Shown here piece after piece: positions 1-13,427 of a stretch of 64,000 bases of DNA (within the stretch, counting starts at the first letter, position 1; the number at the start of each line of letters is the position of its first letter). The stretch spans positions 173,166,001-173,230,000 of the forward strand of contig OZ024742.1 in assembly GCA_964016885.1 (NCBI GenBank). The letters run 5' to 3'. Made by a program: the position numbers and the translations under genes. A model generated the notes under the pieces. It had not been told where the DNA came from and did no database searches. It worked only from the letters and a program-made list of their open reading frames with translations. Origin of the DNA: Eledone cirrhosa. Taxonomy: Eukaryota.

Positions 1-390
1 ACTGGAGTCTTATTTTTTTTAAATATATATATATTTATTTGGTTCCTTTACCGGTTTCGCAGTTCTTCTGCTTTTCAAAAGGTGAGTTGAGATGGAGGGT
101 CTGTGGTTTTTCTCACATCTGGTTGGTCTCTGAATGTTACTTGTTTTATATGGAAAAAGTGGCTCGAAATGCCAGGTTTTTCGAGAAGTAATTTGATTGG
201 TTTGTCAATAATTATAATAAATTTTGCGCTAGTTCGCGTTACAATAGTTCTTCAAATAAGAGGGGGGGGGGGGGTGTCACATGTTGTTTTTTCATATATG
301 AGTGTTTGAATTTCTTTTTACTTGAAAAAGAAGGCTCACGAAGGCTTTTTTGGGGTTGGTTATAAATTAAATTATGGCTGTCACGTGAAT

Positions 391-689
391 ATATATATAC
401 GATATTAACCAAATGGAAACTATATTATAAAACCATATTTATTTCAATATACATATTTCAGGGATACCATATTAAAAATATGGCATGCCTTCGTCAGATA
501 AATACAATATATAAACAGTTTTATAAATAATTTTGACGTACCATATTATAAGCGACCATTAAATATGGTTTTATAAATATAGTTTCCATTTCGTTAATAT
601 CGTATATATACTCCAAAATCTTGTCGAGTGCTTTATATCAGTTATAAAATATTTAATTGTTGTAACCCAACAATTTTAAATAAAATATT

Positions 690-690
<1 letters not shown>
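391..690. mobile_element. Family A HHR element with an inverted terminal segment, ending at (TA)n
   Basis: 391-445 is the reverse complement of about 558-610. 561-690 matches 33092-33225 and 40617-40745. Confidence 0.7.
435..505 (-). ncRNA. Hammerhead ribozyme, family A (cleavage triplet decayed)
   Basis: Minus strand reads GTATTTAT-CTGACGA-AGG C ATGCCATATT(TTT)AATATGGTAT C CCT-GAAA-TATGTATATTGAA-ATAAATAT: stem I, core, long stem II and GAAA are present. Confidence 0.7.
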
Positions 691-737
<47 letters not shown>

Positions 738-751
738 TATATATATATATG

Positions 752-820
<69 letters not shown>

Positions 821-821
821 G

Positions 822-913
<92 letters not shown>

Positions 914-1456
914 GTGCCTTTCGTTTGTATTTTTATTTTATAATCGTCTGTCAACTTAAACATTTCCATCGTATATAGTGACATACACACAGCTTTAAAC
1001 AGTTGTTGTTCATACCCCTACAAACATACGTAAATTAATATGGGTTAGAACACCCTTTCTTTGATGGATTATGATGGAAATGCCAGTGTTCCACGGTCTT
1101 GTTTAATCATTAGACTATTGTTATATTTAGCTTGTGTTCAGTCTTTATTGAAGAGAATTATGAACAAACAATTTTAATAGGTACCACTTCTGAAAGTAAC
1201 ATTCTCGGCAGCACTCTTCATTTAGTTTCAAGGTACTATGGTGAATATAATACAAGTTGACTTCCATTTCTAGCAAGAAAAAAGACCATGTTAATTTTTT
1301 CGGGACATTCTTAGGGAGAAATGTCTTTGGATCACATTTGTATTTAGCCAGTCTTGAAATTAAATTGCTTTGCCTTATTTTCAACTATATGTATGTTATA
1401 TTCATGTAATATTATAACTTGCTATATCTGTGATATAGATATAACATAATATAATG

Positions 1457-1653
1457 GTTTCTTATGTAGGCACAAGGCCAGCAATGTTGGGATAGCGGAA
1501 AGTCGATTAAATCTACTGGTACTTTATTTTATCGACCTCGTAAGGATGAATGGTAAAGTTAACCTCTGCAGGATTTGATCTCAGCATGGCAAGTCCGTAA
1601 CTCTATGCTGTAAAGCTTGGTATCCGACCCTCTACCGATACTGCCAATCCACC
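1457..1653 (-). mobile_element. tRNA-derived SINE, family 1
   Basis: Matches consensus GGTGGATTGGCAGTATCGGTAGAG...GAGTTCAAATCC...CCTTTCATCCTTACGGGGTCGATAAAATAAAGTACCAG...GGCCTTGTGCC. Confidence 0.85.
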
Positions 1654-2029
1654 AATATAACAAACGCATGGATTCTAAGCTTGATAGGTTAATGACCAAC
1701 ATTAAGAAATATAGTATTTCCGCTCCATAAGCTAAGTTTCCTATTGCATCAACAGGAAAAATAGCTTATAATCTCCGGTAGAGTTATATATGTATCTTAT
1801 CTATTATAGAGCTTTCAAATGTTCATTCATTATTAAATCATATCTAGATATAATCACTCGGTTAAATAACACTTTTCAAGGATTTCTAACTAAATATCAT
1901 GTAATCACAGGTTGTTACACATTTAGAACGTTGGTAAATATTAAGATGCAAGTTGATAATACATATTTATACTTGTATGTATATGTGTGAATATATATAT
2001 GATTGATATGTATAAGCAGCCTTCATATT

Positions 2030-2127
2030 ATTTTCTGGATTTACATGTATCTGATCGATTTGTTAACATTTGTAATGCAGATATTGGGTAACGTACCATA
2101 TTTGCAACGATATATATATACATACAT

Positions 2128-2212
<85 letters not shown>

Positions 2213-2333
2213 GTGTGTGTGTGTGTGTGTATATATATGCATGTATGTATATATCGTTGTAAATATGGTACCTTACTCCATATCTGCATTAAAAATGTTA
2301 ACAAATCGATCAGGTACGTGAAAATCCAGAATA
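2030..2333. repeat. Inverted repeat (about 88 bp arms) flanking a (TA)n/(TG)n tract
   Basis: 2030-2118 is the reverse complement of 2247-2333, with scattered mismatches. Confidence 0.85.
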
Positions 2334-2616
2334 TATATATATATATATATATATATGACTATATAGTGAGAGAGAGAGAGAGTGAGGGGGGGGGGGGATA
2401 ATAGATAGGATGAACAATTTTTGACTTGTTCTAAATTACATAGTTTTAGCATTAATTTCATACCCTATGTATTTCAGAACAACTTTGATGCAATGAGAAT
2501 ATTATACTTTAAAATATTTCAGTTTATATGAAGCATCGTGACATATTTGGTTTGGATTCAAGCAGAAAGTCTGTACAATGAATTTTAGAAATAAAAGTGT
2601 AAAAATAGGTAATATT

Positions 2617-2790
2617 TGTTTCTACTTTAGGCACAAGGCCAGCAACTACCCAGTGCCTCACTGGTACTTTATTTTATCGACCCCGTAAGGATGAAAGGCA
2701 AAGTCAACCTCGGCGGGATTTGAACTCAGATCGTAAAGGGACGTAACTATGCTAGAAAGCATGGCGTCCGACCCTCTATAGGTAATATTG
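2617..2790 (-). mobile_element. tRNA-derived SINE, family 1
   Basis: Same consensus; B-box reads GGATTTGAACTC on the plus strand. Confidence 0.85.
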
Positions 2791-5018
2791 TTAACTACTT
2801 CGCTTTTATTTTTTCCTCTATTTCTAACTTGCATTGTAACAGTATTCACCAAACAATCTTCATAAATTTTAAGTGTAACCTCTAAATTTGTATTACTACC
2901 TGGTTTCACTTTACTGCTCACTATTTAGTCTAAATTTCTTTACTGATCTCAAATGTTCTTCGACATTTAAAACTCGGTTCTTGAAGCATTCCAATTCCGT
3001 TAAAGACTGGCAGTAAATAGATTAAATACATTTTTTGACATTTGAAAAGTCTATGTTTAAAATGCCACTAACGTATTTTTTTGTTTTAAAATATTTAGAA
3101 TCTGATTATTTCCCTCCAAGAAATATAACATGCTTCATAATGTTATAGATTTGGAATCTATTAAGTTATAGCTATTTTTCTTTCCCTTCTATATTAGTTA
3201 ATACAACCTAGAGTTTTTTTTCTTTTTGTTATATCATATCGAACATATCAATGGTGGTCCAATATCTTAAAATGTTTCCTATCTCGAAAACATTTGAATA
3301 CATTCTAAAAATATGTTTTCAAAATAATTTGAATATGTACACTTGGAAATAGGCCGTTCTATATTAGAAAAATAGCAGTGGTCAAGAACAACAGCAAATC
3401 CTTCTAATATAACAAAATTCTACTAATAATACTATAACGACTATTACATCAACCACACAACCTTTATAACAACGACATCTGCAATTGTTACAATAACAGC
3501 TACGAATATATCTAAAATAACAGTAATAACAACAACTGCAACGACAACAAAAATTACTAGTGATCACAGAAAGGTAAATTTCTTTGAAAAGCAAAGGTTT
3601 CATATTATTAAAATAGCAACACCAACTTATGAATGTTATCATCGCATGTCTTAAACAAAACAAACAGATGTTCATTTAATATTTAATTTCAAAGTGAATT
3701 AGCTATATAAATACTTGTGATATGAAAGCGAATTTTCAAATTGCTCTAACATAATTATGATTTTGAAATCATCTGATACATTATATTATATGTTGCACAA
3801 TCATAAATGCATGTTTATTATTGTGTTTGCACCATTGTGTAATCATTGGTACTTGTGTAATATTTAATATTCCCCATTATGAAATCATTGATAGATGTAT
3901 ATTATTTAACATGTGTATTATATAATATACACCCAGAGTGGTGAATACCATACGTTGATAACCTTAACATATTCAAACCCAATACATGGATTACGATTCA
4001 TGCTCGTTAAAGTTTCAACGTTCAAATTCGCTCGTAGTAAATTCATATATGCCTTCATTATACGTGATGCCATCATTCGCCTCGGTATCTGTAAACGTGG
4101 TCATTAATAATATAGGGGACGACCTAATATTCTATCACGTTTATTTCTTACTGTTTCGTAATAGTATTTTATGCATGATTAAGTAAATAGAAGACTTCGA
4201 TTCCATCACACATTTACTTCTCATTAATTAGTCTTGTTTCAGCTGTATTCGGATCGATTGTAATTCCACATCACTATTATTGATTCAAAACATAAATATA
4301 ATTCCTTCCATTTTTAATGAGAGTGAAGAGGACTTAAATTCTGTTAGAATAGTACATTCATCCAGTCCATAATTTTGCTCCTAAAATGGCAGATAATTAT
4401 AAATGTCTTTCACTAACACTACATTAAATCAGTGCTTTCTATTTCAAATGATTGACACTACACACATACGTTTTTTTTTAATAACATATTTTATGACATA
4501 AGGTTTATATATTGTAACCAATAAGAAGTTAATGAATTTATTAAAAACCCATTAAATGCCATCTCATGAATCACCAATCAGGTTTCTATTTATACACACA
4601 GTTTCCAGACCTCATATATATACACCATTGAGAAACATTCGGAAAAATTGGATCAGATTTAGTTTAATTGTCTTATACACCACGGATTATCAGTGATACA
4701 CGAAAGTATCGTAACCTACAATTTACAAAACCCTTGATTAGATAATGTACCATTTGATAACAAATCATGCAACACAACCACCAAAACATCGTTTAGGTCT
4801 TTCTGTAAATGTCTATTTCAACACAACTGAAAGGACTCATCCAGCCTTTGTTAAGCAGAGGGATGTAACTTTCCTCGTCAGCCAGTTTCGATAAATTTCT
4901 AGGACATGAAAGCATACATGCGTGTGATATTCACTTTCGTTTCATTCTTTGATTGGTTGAAAGGATAACATCTTGTGTGTGCATTAACATTTTTCTTTTT
5001 CTTTTTTTTTTACTTATA

Positions 5019-5624
5019 ATTGTTTCTACTTTTGGTACAAGGCCAGCAATTACCCTAGTGCATTACTAATGCTTTTTTATCGACCACGTAAGAACGAAAG
5101 GTAAAGTTAACCTCAGTGGAATTTGAACTCAGACCGTAAAGGGACATAACACTCTGCTGCAAAGCATGGCGTCTGACGCTCTGCCGGTACTGCCAATCCA
5201 CCGCCTTTTTATAATTATAATTATTTCTACGTTAAGCACAAGGCCAGCAATTACCCAGTCTATTACTGGTACTTTATTTTATCGACCCCGTAAGGATGAA
5301 AGGCAAAGTTAACCTCGGCGGGATTTGAACTCAGAATGGCATGGGCCGTAACTCTATGTGTCAAAGCAAGGCGTCCGACCCTCTACCAATACTGCCAAAA
5401 TGCTATCAAATCAATTGTTAATATGAAACAGCTTTGTATTATTGTTTGGGGATTGGCAGTATCAGTAGAAGATCGGACGCCATGCTTTGCAGCATAGAGT
5501 TACGCACCTTTATGGTGTGAGTTCAAATCCCGACGAGGTTAACTTTGCATTTCATCCTTACGGGGTCGATAAAATAAAGTACCAGTAATGTACAGGAGTA
5601 ATTGTGCCAATAGTAGAAACAATC
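5019..5624. mobile_element. Cluster of three family 1 SINEs: 5019-5205(-), 5221-5398(-), 5450-5624(+)
   Basis: Three consensus matches; the last two are head-to-head. Confidence 0.9.
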
Positions 5625-6151
5625 ATCGTTTATACTTTTTTTAAATCAAGCAAATTTGTAATAGTTTGTGTAATATTGAGAAAGTATCATCACTTATATG
5701 TTTTTCTTTTGTCATTTTATGTACTTAATTTTTGTATAGATTAAGTTCAAGTTTCTGTTATATTTCACGTTCACATATTAAAAAGGTTTTTCATTTTCGA
5801 TGAATTTTCGAGTATTACACATTTAGGTATAAGCGTATTCTTATCTCTTCCCCAATCCATACCATAACGTAGAAGCTTTATATTGAATATAATGTAACTC
5901 CAATAAAACACTTGAGAAAACATTATCTAAACAACATGTATTTCCTATACCCAATCTATAGGCTATAATATTACAGCTCGGCACCTTCCGAATTCTTCCG
6001 TTTTCAAAATATCCCCACTAAAAACAAAGAAATATAAAAGAAAAAATAAGCCGAGATAAAATAACAACATCTAAAAAAACAACAACATTACAACGTCAAC
6101 CAAAACGAAATCAACACCTTCATTACAGACGACATTATCTATAGAAAGAAC

Positions 6152-6340
6152 GGTGGTGGATTGGCAGTATCGGTAGAGGGTCGGACGCCATGATTTCCAG
6201 CATAGTTACGTCCCTTTACGATCTGAGTTCAAATCCCGCCGAGGTTGACTTTGCCTTTCATCCTTACGGGGTCGTTAAAATAAAGTACCAGTAATGCACT
6301 GGGTAAGTGCTGGCCTTGTGCCTAAAGTAGAAACAATTAT
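6152..6340 (+). mobile_element. Full-length family 1 SINE with target-site duplication
   Basis: A-box TGGCAGTATCGG, B-box GAGTTCAAATCC. ATTATCTATAGAAAGAAC is repeated on both sides (about 6133-6150 and 6336-6353). Confidence 0.92.
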
Positions 6341-6464
6341 CTATAGAAAGAACAACAAAAGCAATACTGATAGTTCTACTACTACAACTACTACTAATAC
6401 TAACACAACTACTACTAATACTAACAAACTACTATTAATAGTAATGATGATTTAGGGGTAGGGA

Positions 6465-6766
6465 AAATCGATTAAATCGAACCCGTGCATTACTGGTGCT
6501 TTATGTATCGACCTCGTAAGGAATAAAGGCAAAACTAACCTCGGCGGGATTTGAACGCAGAAAGTAAAGGGCTGTAACTGTATGCTCCGTAGCATGTTTT
6601 CCGCCTAATAATAATACTAATAATTGTTTCTACTTTAAGCACAAGGCCAGCAATTACCCAGTGTATTACTGGTACTTTATTTTATCGACCAAAGTCAAAC
6701 TCGGCGGGATTTGAACTCAGATCGTAAAGCATGACGTCCGGCCCTCTACTGATACTGCCAATCCAC
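6465..6766 (-). mobile_element. Two family 1 SINE copies (6465-6600, 6622-6766)
   Basis: Consensus matches; the second copy has internal deletions. Confidence 0.8.
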
Positions 6767-7559
6767 ATGTGAAACCACAGCGAAATATAAATACCAGTTT
6801 GAGACCTGGCGCGAGATATAGTTTTCTATGCGAAATCCAGTAACTCATTAAACCACAATATCTTAAATGAATGGAAATACATTGAATGTGGGAAATGACA
6901 TAATTGGGGCTGGAGTCTCTCGTGAAAGTCTCTTGCCCTACAGGTGCTCATCACGGTTGACGCTGTCGTCTTGAAAAGCTGATGAAATGATGAAAGTTAA
7001 ATTAACAAGTGTTCAACAAGTTTGTAATAGAATGCTACATTTGAAGTTGGCCAGGAGTAAGGGTGTATAAAAAAGGAATGGTATTTATAGGTGTATTCCA
7101 TGCAACTGAAGCACAGCTAACTAGCCAGCCATGGTGAATTCGAGAAAAGGCTGGGTGTCACTTGTAGAAATAGAAGAGATTGAAATAATGATTGCGAAAG
7201 CTGAGGACAACAGAAATAACCGAGAACATTGGAGGTCGTAATAAAACAGAGAATGAAAAGCAAAACAAGCGAAATTCTGTTGGATGTTTTGTTGAATGGA
7301 CTATAGTAGAACATGTTATGCATTTTGTTAAATAGAATACTGCAGTAGAATGGTAGAAAGTTGAAATTCGTAACAAAATTAATGATGAACCACAAGCAAT
7401 CATAAACATGCTGAAGATGAAACTGCAAACCCATGGGAACTACTGATAGCAAGAACAATAGAAAGAAAACTAAGCTTGTCAAAGAAGACATAAGCACATT
7501 ACAAACAGAAAACATTGGGGATACAAAGATCCCAACATTGTTGATGGAATTAAAACATG

Positions 7560-8860
7560 AAATGGGACTAACACTTTCTGACAGCTGGGGGCTTGTGAGT
7601 ATCCCCGTTCCCGCATTTGCAGTCATTTCTGGAACCACACCTGAATAGTGGAGTTTCCATCCTCCAACTGAATCGTCAGCACCAGTCACTACAGAGTTAG
7701 ATGAATTTGAGTCTAAGTCATATATCCTGATGGGAGACTTCACCGCACATGTTGGCAATGATCACTTGATATGGAAAGGAATGATTAGAAGGAACGGCGA
7801 CACCAATCTAAATGGAAAGGCCTTATCAGACTTCTTTTCCAGCAATGATTGCTCAATTATTAACACCTTCTTCCAGCACATATACAAGTTTTAAGAGGAA
7901 TCAGGGACAGAGATCCATAACTGATTTTGTTATTGTCTCTGATGTTTTTCCTATATTGAGACTCTTGTGTCTACCGAAAGCTAAAGAAGCTCACAAAAGA
8001 GGTAGGTCCAGAGTGTTGGTTATAAAGACAGAAGGTAAAAGTGTACAAATATTATTGCATCCAAATTCAGAGAACTCTCTGAGAAAACCGAGGACGTTGA
8101 GACAAAGTGGAGTTTTTTCAGCTGAACAGTTTCAACTTCGAGTTACCTGCATCGCTCGAAAAGCAGCTAAGCATTAGCAAGCATTATGTTCATGAAAACG
8201 ATTGAGATGCGCAGCCGTGTTAGATGTGATGTCAACACTGGCAGGTGTAAACTCAGTCTGTTGGAATTTGCCGATATGGTGTTACTTAACTCGATAGAAG
8301 GTGATCTCCGATTTGCACTTGATAGGTTTAATGCGAAATCTGAGAAACTAGTTCTCTCAAAGAAGCCTATGCAGTGCACTCTACATCGGAATGATGTTCT
8401 ACTGAAGCAGGTAGAGACGTTCAAGTATCCAGGGGTCTTGTTTACGATTTATCCAATGCAGTGGACTGAATAAAGTACAAGACTAGCAGGAACTGACTCG
8501 TCAGCATTCTGCCAGCTCCATCATTCGGTATTTAGAAGAAGGGGTAAGGGTAAAAGCCAAACTCACTTTCTTCAATTAGGTATTCGTGCCAACATTTATC
8601 TATGGTAATGACCGAAAGATTACACTCGCGAATACAAGTGGCCGAAATAGAATCCATCAACAGGCCTTTGGAGTAATATTATTCGATATAGTGCGTTGGT
8701 CGTAGATCATAGAGTCACTCACGTTAGAGCCGCTATTTCTCCGAACAGAGAGATCACAGCTATTAATTTATGGGCATGTATTTAAAATCTCTCATGAATG
8801 AATTACTGGACAGATATTACAGGCAAACCTAACAACCGGAGACCCAGGGTTAAACAATAT
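7560..8860 (+). mobile_element. Heavily decayed, internally deleted RTE-like LINE ORF
   Basis: Frameshifted motifs in order: GDFTAHVG (APE), SITDFVIV, QVETFKYPGV, PTFIYG, YGHVF. Confidence 0.65.
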
Positions 8861-8899
8861 AACGTGAATAATAAGGGAATTAATGCAGTGTTGAACTTG

Positions 8900-10060
8900 G
8901 TTAAACTACAAATAAAAAAATGCCACATATCTAAAGAAATACGAAGAAAAAAATAACCAATATCTGCAGATTAATTTTTTTTAAATCAACCAAAACGATT
9001 GTTTGTGAAACAGGAATTAATCAAAAGGAATAATGATGTAAGCCCAGATGCAAAAGAAAGCATTGCTTTGTGGAGGAACATGTAGAGCATTATAAATAAG
9101 ATTGGATAATGATGGTTGGTAAACAGTTGACAGGTATATAGAAGCAAGTAAACGTCAAATAGCAAATGCGAGGGTAAAAGCCTAGATGCACATGATACTA
9201 AAATTGAAAGTAAGTGCATCAGATGATGTAAATGGATACTAGTAAAAAAACACATCAATAACTTACGTGAAGTGATAACGCTAAAGATAAATGAGGTCTT
9301 GCGTTCTGGAGAAACACTTATCAGGAATTTTAGCTAAAGAAATGTATACGCACACGGTGAGAGAAAGTCTGCTGGTGGTTCAAAACGTGGCACCGAAGGA
9401 CTGAATGAAAAATGAGGCTGACCTATCCATCCCTTACTTCGATTGACTTCAAGAAAGCATATGACACAGAGCCGTACTCTTGGATTCTTCACTGGTTGGA
9501 TATATTCAAGGTATCAGACAACATCAATATACTTATAGGGGAATCAGTGGCTAAATGGAAAGTGGAATAAACATCACCTAGTATCTGCATGAACCACCGT
9601 AGCACAGTATCAATACAAAAAACAGACACGGCAGAATGGGACAGTACATCCACTGGAAAATATGTATGTCCTATGGAAAATATGTAACAAAAACTAGTAT
9701 CAAAATCATCTAGACCCGATAACTGAAATTGATCATGTAATAATACTGAGGAATTTTACAATATACACTGACAGGGAAATCAAAGCGAAAAAGCCAAATA
9801 TTATGATAAGATATAAAAACGACAAAATGTATTTCATGGCAGACATGCCAGTACCTGCTGATTGCAATGTGTTTTTGATAATATTTGAATTAAACATGTC
9901 AAATACAAGCATCATGAAATAGACATTGATGAAAATGTTGGGTGCGAAGGCAAAAACAATACCAGTTGTAGCTGGAGCACTGGACCTGGTATAAATTTAG
10001 TATATCGTACTTAATATTACTGCCCACATCTTGCGAAGAGAATTGTCATTCTAATGTTGA
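8900..10060 (+). mobile_element. Decayed R4/Dong-like (RLE) non-LTR retrotransposon
   Basis: IDFKKAYDT..PYSWIL (about 9441-9490), RPD (about 9712), TIPVVAGAL (about 9956), TAHILRR (about 10019). Confidence 0.65.
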
Positions 10061-10775
10061 GAGGGAAAACCACGTTGTTGCCATTAACAATATGGTGCAT
10101 CCTATCCATTATATATCCACTCTGCGTTCAGGCTTAAGTCGACTATATCGGACCTTATGAAGATTTATGTTTACCAATTATTCGTGGAAGTAACTGAATA
10201 GCACCATTAGAATTCTTGTTATCTTGTTTGTAGTGGAGATGCATCGACTACTTTGTTTAGCAACTAGTCAAGCACACAATTTGTCATTCAGCCTGAAACG
10301 TGTTTCTTCCAACGCTCATTCTAATAGTCAGATAGATGTCCCGAACATGGTGAGAACGGCTGCTATTCGTCATGTGAATATACAATAGTAAAGACATTAC
10401 GAAATCATAAAAGAAGCCGAAGAACCTATGACTATTTGTTTCCATTTAGCAACAGCCACAATGAAGACCTTCCTTTTTCTCAGTCGTCGGAATCTTATTT
10501 TCCTTTGCCAAATTTGGAAAAAGTTGTTATACTTAAGGAAAATGCTCCATCAAGTAGAATGACTCTTGCAGTGGGTATTGCTGGTTGTTTTCTGGGACAA
10601 TTCGTTCGCGATCTTGTCCAAGGGGCACAGCAAAGATGTAAAACTCTAGTTAAGGGTGAATAGATTGCAGCCTTGATATAATCTTTTTATCTTTCTATTT
10701 ACTTTTATTTCTTTTGCCATTTGCAATTTGTTTGTTTTGTCATATTGTATTAGAAACGTAATTTGAAACTCTTAC

Positions 10776-10861
10776 CTTGATTTTGAAAAAGAGTTCGACC
10801 AATTACTGACAATAAATGTTACAATCATGTGTGGGACTGGAACAGGCCATGTATCATATAC
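10776..10861 (-). pseudogene. Candidate exon of a TRPM-like gene (VYDTWPVPVPHMIVTFIVSNWSNSFSKS)
   Basis: Flanked by ttttaaaag and AG|gtaaga. W-x3-P-x-hydrophobic pattern resembles TRPM 'W.L..P.LLISV'. Its upstream extension has frameshifts. Confidence 0.45.
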
Positions 10862-12083
10862 CTTTTAAAAAATACAATCACCTGTTTTTTCTTGTAGATA
10901 CTTCCTAAATACTAGATGTAATTATATTTAATACTCGATATAATTCCAATATAGAAACTGTCTGCTGGGTTTGAAAAATAATACCAGGATTAGAAGTGCG
11001 TTGTATTGAAAAGATTCTACCAATTATAAACAAGTTCATTTCATACATGGATGATAAAAAAATATTTAACAATTATTTTACGTTTGTTGTTTTTCACCCG
11101 TTGTTCATATTTAAGCCTCTTTTGCTGTTTTCTTTCTATTTTTTTTCTTTTTTCTATCTGATTATCTCCTGATTTTCATCAGAATTGTAAGAGTAAATAG
11201 AAGACTTTCCCAGACTGTGAAGACATAATAGTTGTTTATGGATCTAAATTGGATGAAGTAAATATGAAGTAAATGGAAATCAATTACTGTAAGAAAAGTT
11301 TTTGTATGTCACCAAAATATTATATCCATTGATATAACAGCAAAGTTTATGGCATATGTCGTTTTCTAATTACGCTGTATCATCACAGAAATATAACTGC
11401 TAGACGATGAAATGAAAATGATCTTGATATTAGAAACAAGAAATATTGGTATGCAACAATGAATGTAATCAGCTCCTGAATATATTGACACTTTGCTTTA
11501 TCAATAATAAAATGAGGGAAATTAATTCACGAAGCATTTCATAGGAAAAATCATTTCTTTTAGAATAATTCATTGCTGATGAATAACTTTCTCATATAGG
11601 ACAGAAATAATTAATTTGAATGCAAACATTTTGATGAAGAAGACGTCATGTATTGAGGCCATATTGGTTTTACATTTTTATTAGTTTCCGTCAGTGGGTT
11701 GCTTCACTCCTGGAGCACCACTTAAATTGATTTAGTCGCCATGTCGAAATGAGTAGATATTTTATTCATCTATTCTAGTCTAAACACTAGATTACAGGTC
11801 ATGGTTGTTTAATAAGATTCCTATCACAACTTTTACCACGACTCTCTTTCGGATATTCAAAAAACGTCTCTCTATATATATAACCTGATTGTTTTTTCGT
11901 TACTTTGGTGTTATGTGACTAGGCTCGCCTGGCGCAGTTTTCAATTTGCCACGCTATCTAACGTATGTTAATTACTCTAAGGTGACACAGCCTAATCTAA
12001 TACTTTGCTGCACATTCCTAATTGTATATAGTTAGCTTGTCCACAGCGAAAACTTCGATTTTACTAATTTACTATATATATAT

Positions 12084-12210
12084 AGCCGTCGAAACGGCTT
12101 GAGCTCAGCCGTCGGGACCTTACCGGTTCCTATTACCCACTCTACTACCCTAAGTATTGAGTACTTTGGTGCGTTATGGTCCACCTGGTTCCTTACCACA
12201 TTTCCTTCGT

Positions 12211-12212
<2 letters not shown>
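12084..12212 (+). mobile_element. Family B element: 3' half of an HHR plus tail, inserted in (TA)n
   Basis: GAAAC-GGCT(TGAGCTC)AGCC-GTC forms stem III plus a GUC site. Homologues at 19354, 30195, 45288 and 55663. Confidence 0.7.
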
Positions 12213-12241
<29 letters not shown>

Positions 12242-12279
12242 TATATTCAATATTCATGAAAAAAATATTTTTTAACAAT

Positions 12280-12900
12280 TGGTAAAAAATTCAGATGCCG
12301 CGAGTGGATTTATGTGATGTGTCCTAAGTAACCTACAACACAGTAGATATCAGGTATTTGGTGGTGTTATACATGTTTGAGGCACAGAATTAAAGTTCCC
12401 AAAATGTAGTACTGATCTTTATTGCGATGATGGTTTAGCCCTAACGAGCCATAAAGGCACGTACGATCTTTATACGTTCAGTAGAATCGTGTATCCGCAT
12501 TCAATTGCCTGGAATTATAAATGCCTAAGGCATTGATATCGATATATTTCAATTGCTATATGATACATTAGACCAAATCTTAGATACACATAAGCGGAAG
12601 CTCATGTGCTAATTAACGTTATATAGAAATCTAATAACTAACAAAAGAGAGTTTCAATCTTCAATTATTTTGTGGATAGAACAACACACTACTCCCAAAT
12701 TGCGTTAGCATCCTAGTACTATAAATGATAGAGGTAAATCTGGAAATATCCACTCTACTTCTCTGGAAATTTCAAGATCAATGTAAGAAAATGTATTCCT
12801 AGCCGTATTAGAATGATTGATTGATTGAAAAAACTAACATATAGAACACAAGCAAACATACCAGCTTTTACATACTGTATTGCTTCAATCACTGTTCCCT
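12280..12900 (+). mobile_element. Decayed Penelope-like RT fragment
   Basis: DLYCDDGLA at about 12415-12441, similar to the PLE motif GLYRDDGLA. The rest is stop-riddled and the boundaries are approximate. Confidence 0.45.
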
Positions 12901-13427
12901 AACCCACAAAGATATACTAACGAACTGAACATTCCCAACCACGTCAGCTTAAAACAAAATGCTGCGTACCACGGATTTCATTGAGTTGTCACAACTATGC
13001 CCTTTTCACTTTCACTTATAAACTACTATATAAATCCAATCACCGCTTTATCTAAAATCGGGTCCGACAAGGGTTACTTTGCTTCAAATTTCCTACACTA
13101 TATCTATCTATCTACTTATCTATCTATCTATCTATCTACCAGACGTGTGTAACTTCGCGGAGAAGTTTCCGTTAATTTATGTAAGAAAAAAACGTGACTT
13201 TTCAGTTAAATGTTATATTATTGTGTAACTTGACCCCCTGTCTGGACCTTCAGGTGGTGGGTCAACTCAGTTTCGCCCCTACAGGTGCGCAATATTTGAA
13301 AAAAATATCGTAATAGTTTGATTACGTTATGAACGCTGCGTTCGACAATAAGGGTGGTGGAGAGTTGGTATGACTACATAGCTCGCAGTCAACATCGTCT
13401 TCTTCCCCTTCCTTCTCAATAGATAAT

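Noticed and set aside
628-978. YI/YM/CV/HT-repeat ORFs here and throughout the ORF track
   Set aside because: They are translations of (TA)n, (TACA)n and (CA)n microsatellites.
7117-7758. 213-aa minus-strand ORF
   Set aside because: No recognisable domain; partly antisense to decayed LINE sequence.
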